Below are positions 63,688 through 64,000 of a stretch of 64,000 nt of DNA, in pieces. A program made the position numbers and the translations under genes. The notes beneath the pieces are model-generated. The model was not told the origin of the DNA, made no database searches, and worked only from the letters and a program-made list of their open reading frames with translations. Each line of letters opens with the position of its first letter. Positions within the stretch are counted from its first letter, which is position 1. Source of the DNA: Oligoflexia bacterium (lineage in GTDB: Bacteria > Bdellovibrionota > UBA1018); NCBI GenBank assembly GCA_963758495.1, contig CAVWVI010000004.1:608001-672000 (forward strand). Direction: 5' to 3'.

Positions 63688-64000
63688 TTAGATGGCTTTA
63701 AAGACTAAATCACAGCTCTCACAATCGGATACTCTTCCAAATACAAGCTGGCCTCGAAACTGATATCGATTATAAAAAACTTTTTCCAAAACTTTATAAC
63801 CGGATTTCAAGAAAATCTTTTGAGAAACTGGACCTGTTGCTTCAGCAATAACTCCTCGACGACCTTCCAGTTTCGCCATTTTTTCAGATAATTCTAGCAA
63901 TCTGACCCCAATTGAATTCCCGCTAGCCTCTGGAAATACCCCCACCATCAGGACGTGGAGAATCTCCCCTAGTTTAGGAGACGACTGTTTTTTAAATTCT
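63688..64000 (-). CDS. GNAT N-acyltransferase (arylalkylamine N-acetyltransferase-like), 5' end beyond the window
   Basis: Frame open to the edge: ILHVLMVGVFPEASGNSIGVRLL (motif A-like), AEATGPVSQKIFLKSGY...Y..YQF.G..VF. Confidence 0.65.
   Translation of the reverse strand, partial: EFKKQSSPKLGEILHVLMVGVFPEASGNSIGVRLLELSEKMAKLEGRRGVIAEATGPVSQKIFLKSGYKVLEKVFYNRYQFRGQLVFGRVSDCESCDLVFKAI

Overview
Bacterial chromosomal window, AT-rich on the left and mosaic on the right. The gene content (DUF4360 protein, Asp-box propeller, AHDIRSPL-type hybrid kinase) is compatible with a Bdellovibrionota/Oligoflexia-like organism, but that is weak inference. Positions 1-32.8 kb are a large surface-glycan locus: CDP-3,6-dideoxyhexose genes (rfbH, rfbG-like, paratose/abequose synthase-like, tyvelose epimerase), a TPP-enzyme/aldolase/SDR/AroB-like cyclase operon, dTDP-3-amino-sugar genes with a Fe/2OG dioxygenase, rmlBADC, gmhA, rhamnosyltransferases and several polyprenol-phosphate GT2 and GT-C membrane proteins. 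Positions 32.8-50 kb are an accessory stretch with five toxin-antitoxin-like modules (one bracketed by a 162-bp duplication of the rfbC 3' end), a three-gene secreted-protein operon and higher-GC stress genes. Positions 50-64 kb carry a secreted protein with a polymorphic-toxin-like C-terminus, a SNF2-SWIM pair, manC, GT-C proteins and a GNAT plus hybrid sensor kinase pair. About a dozen single-base frameshifts between 5.6 and 39 kb look like long-read consensus errors. No rRNA, tRNA, CRISPR array, integrase or transposase was recognised. All family assignments come from motif recognition by eye, not from database searches.
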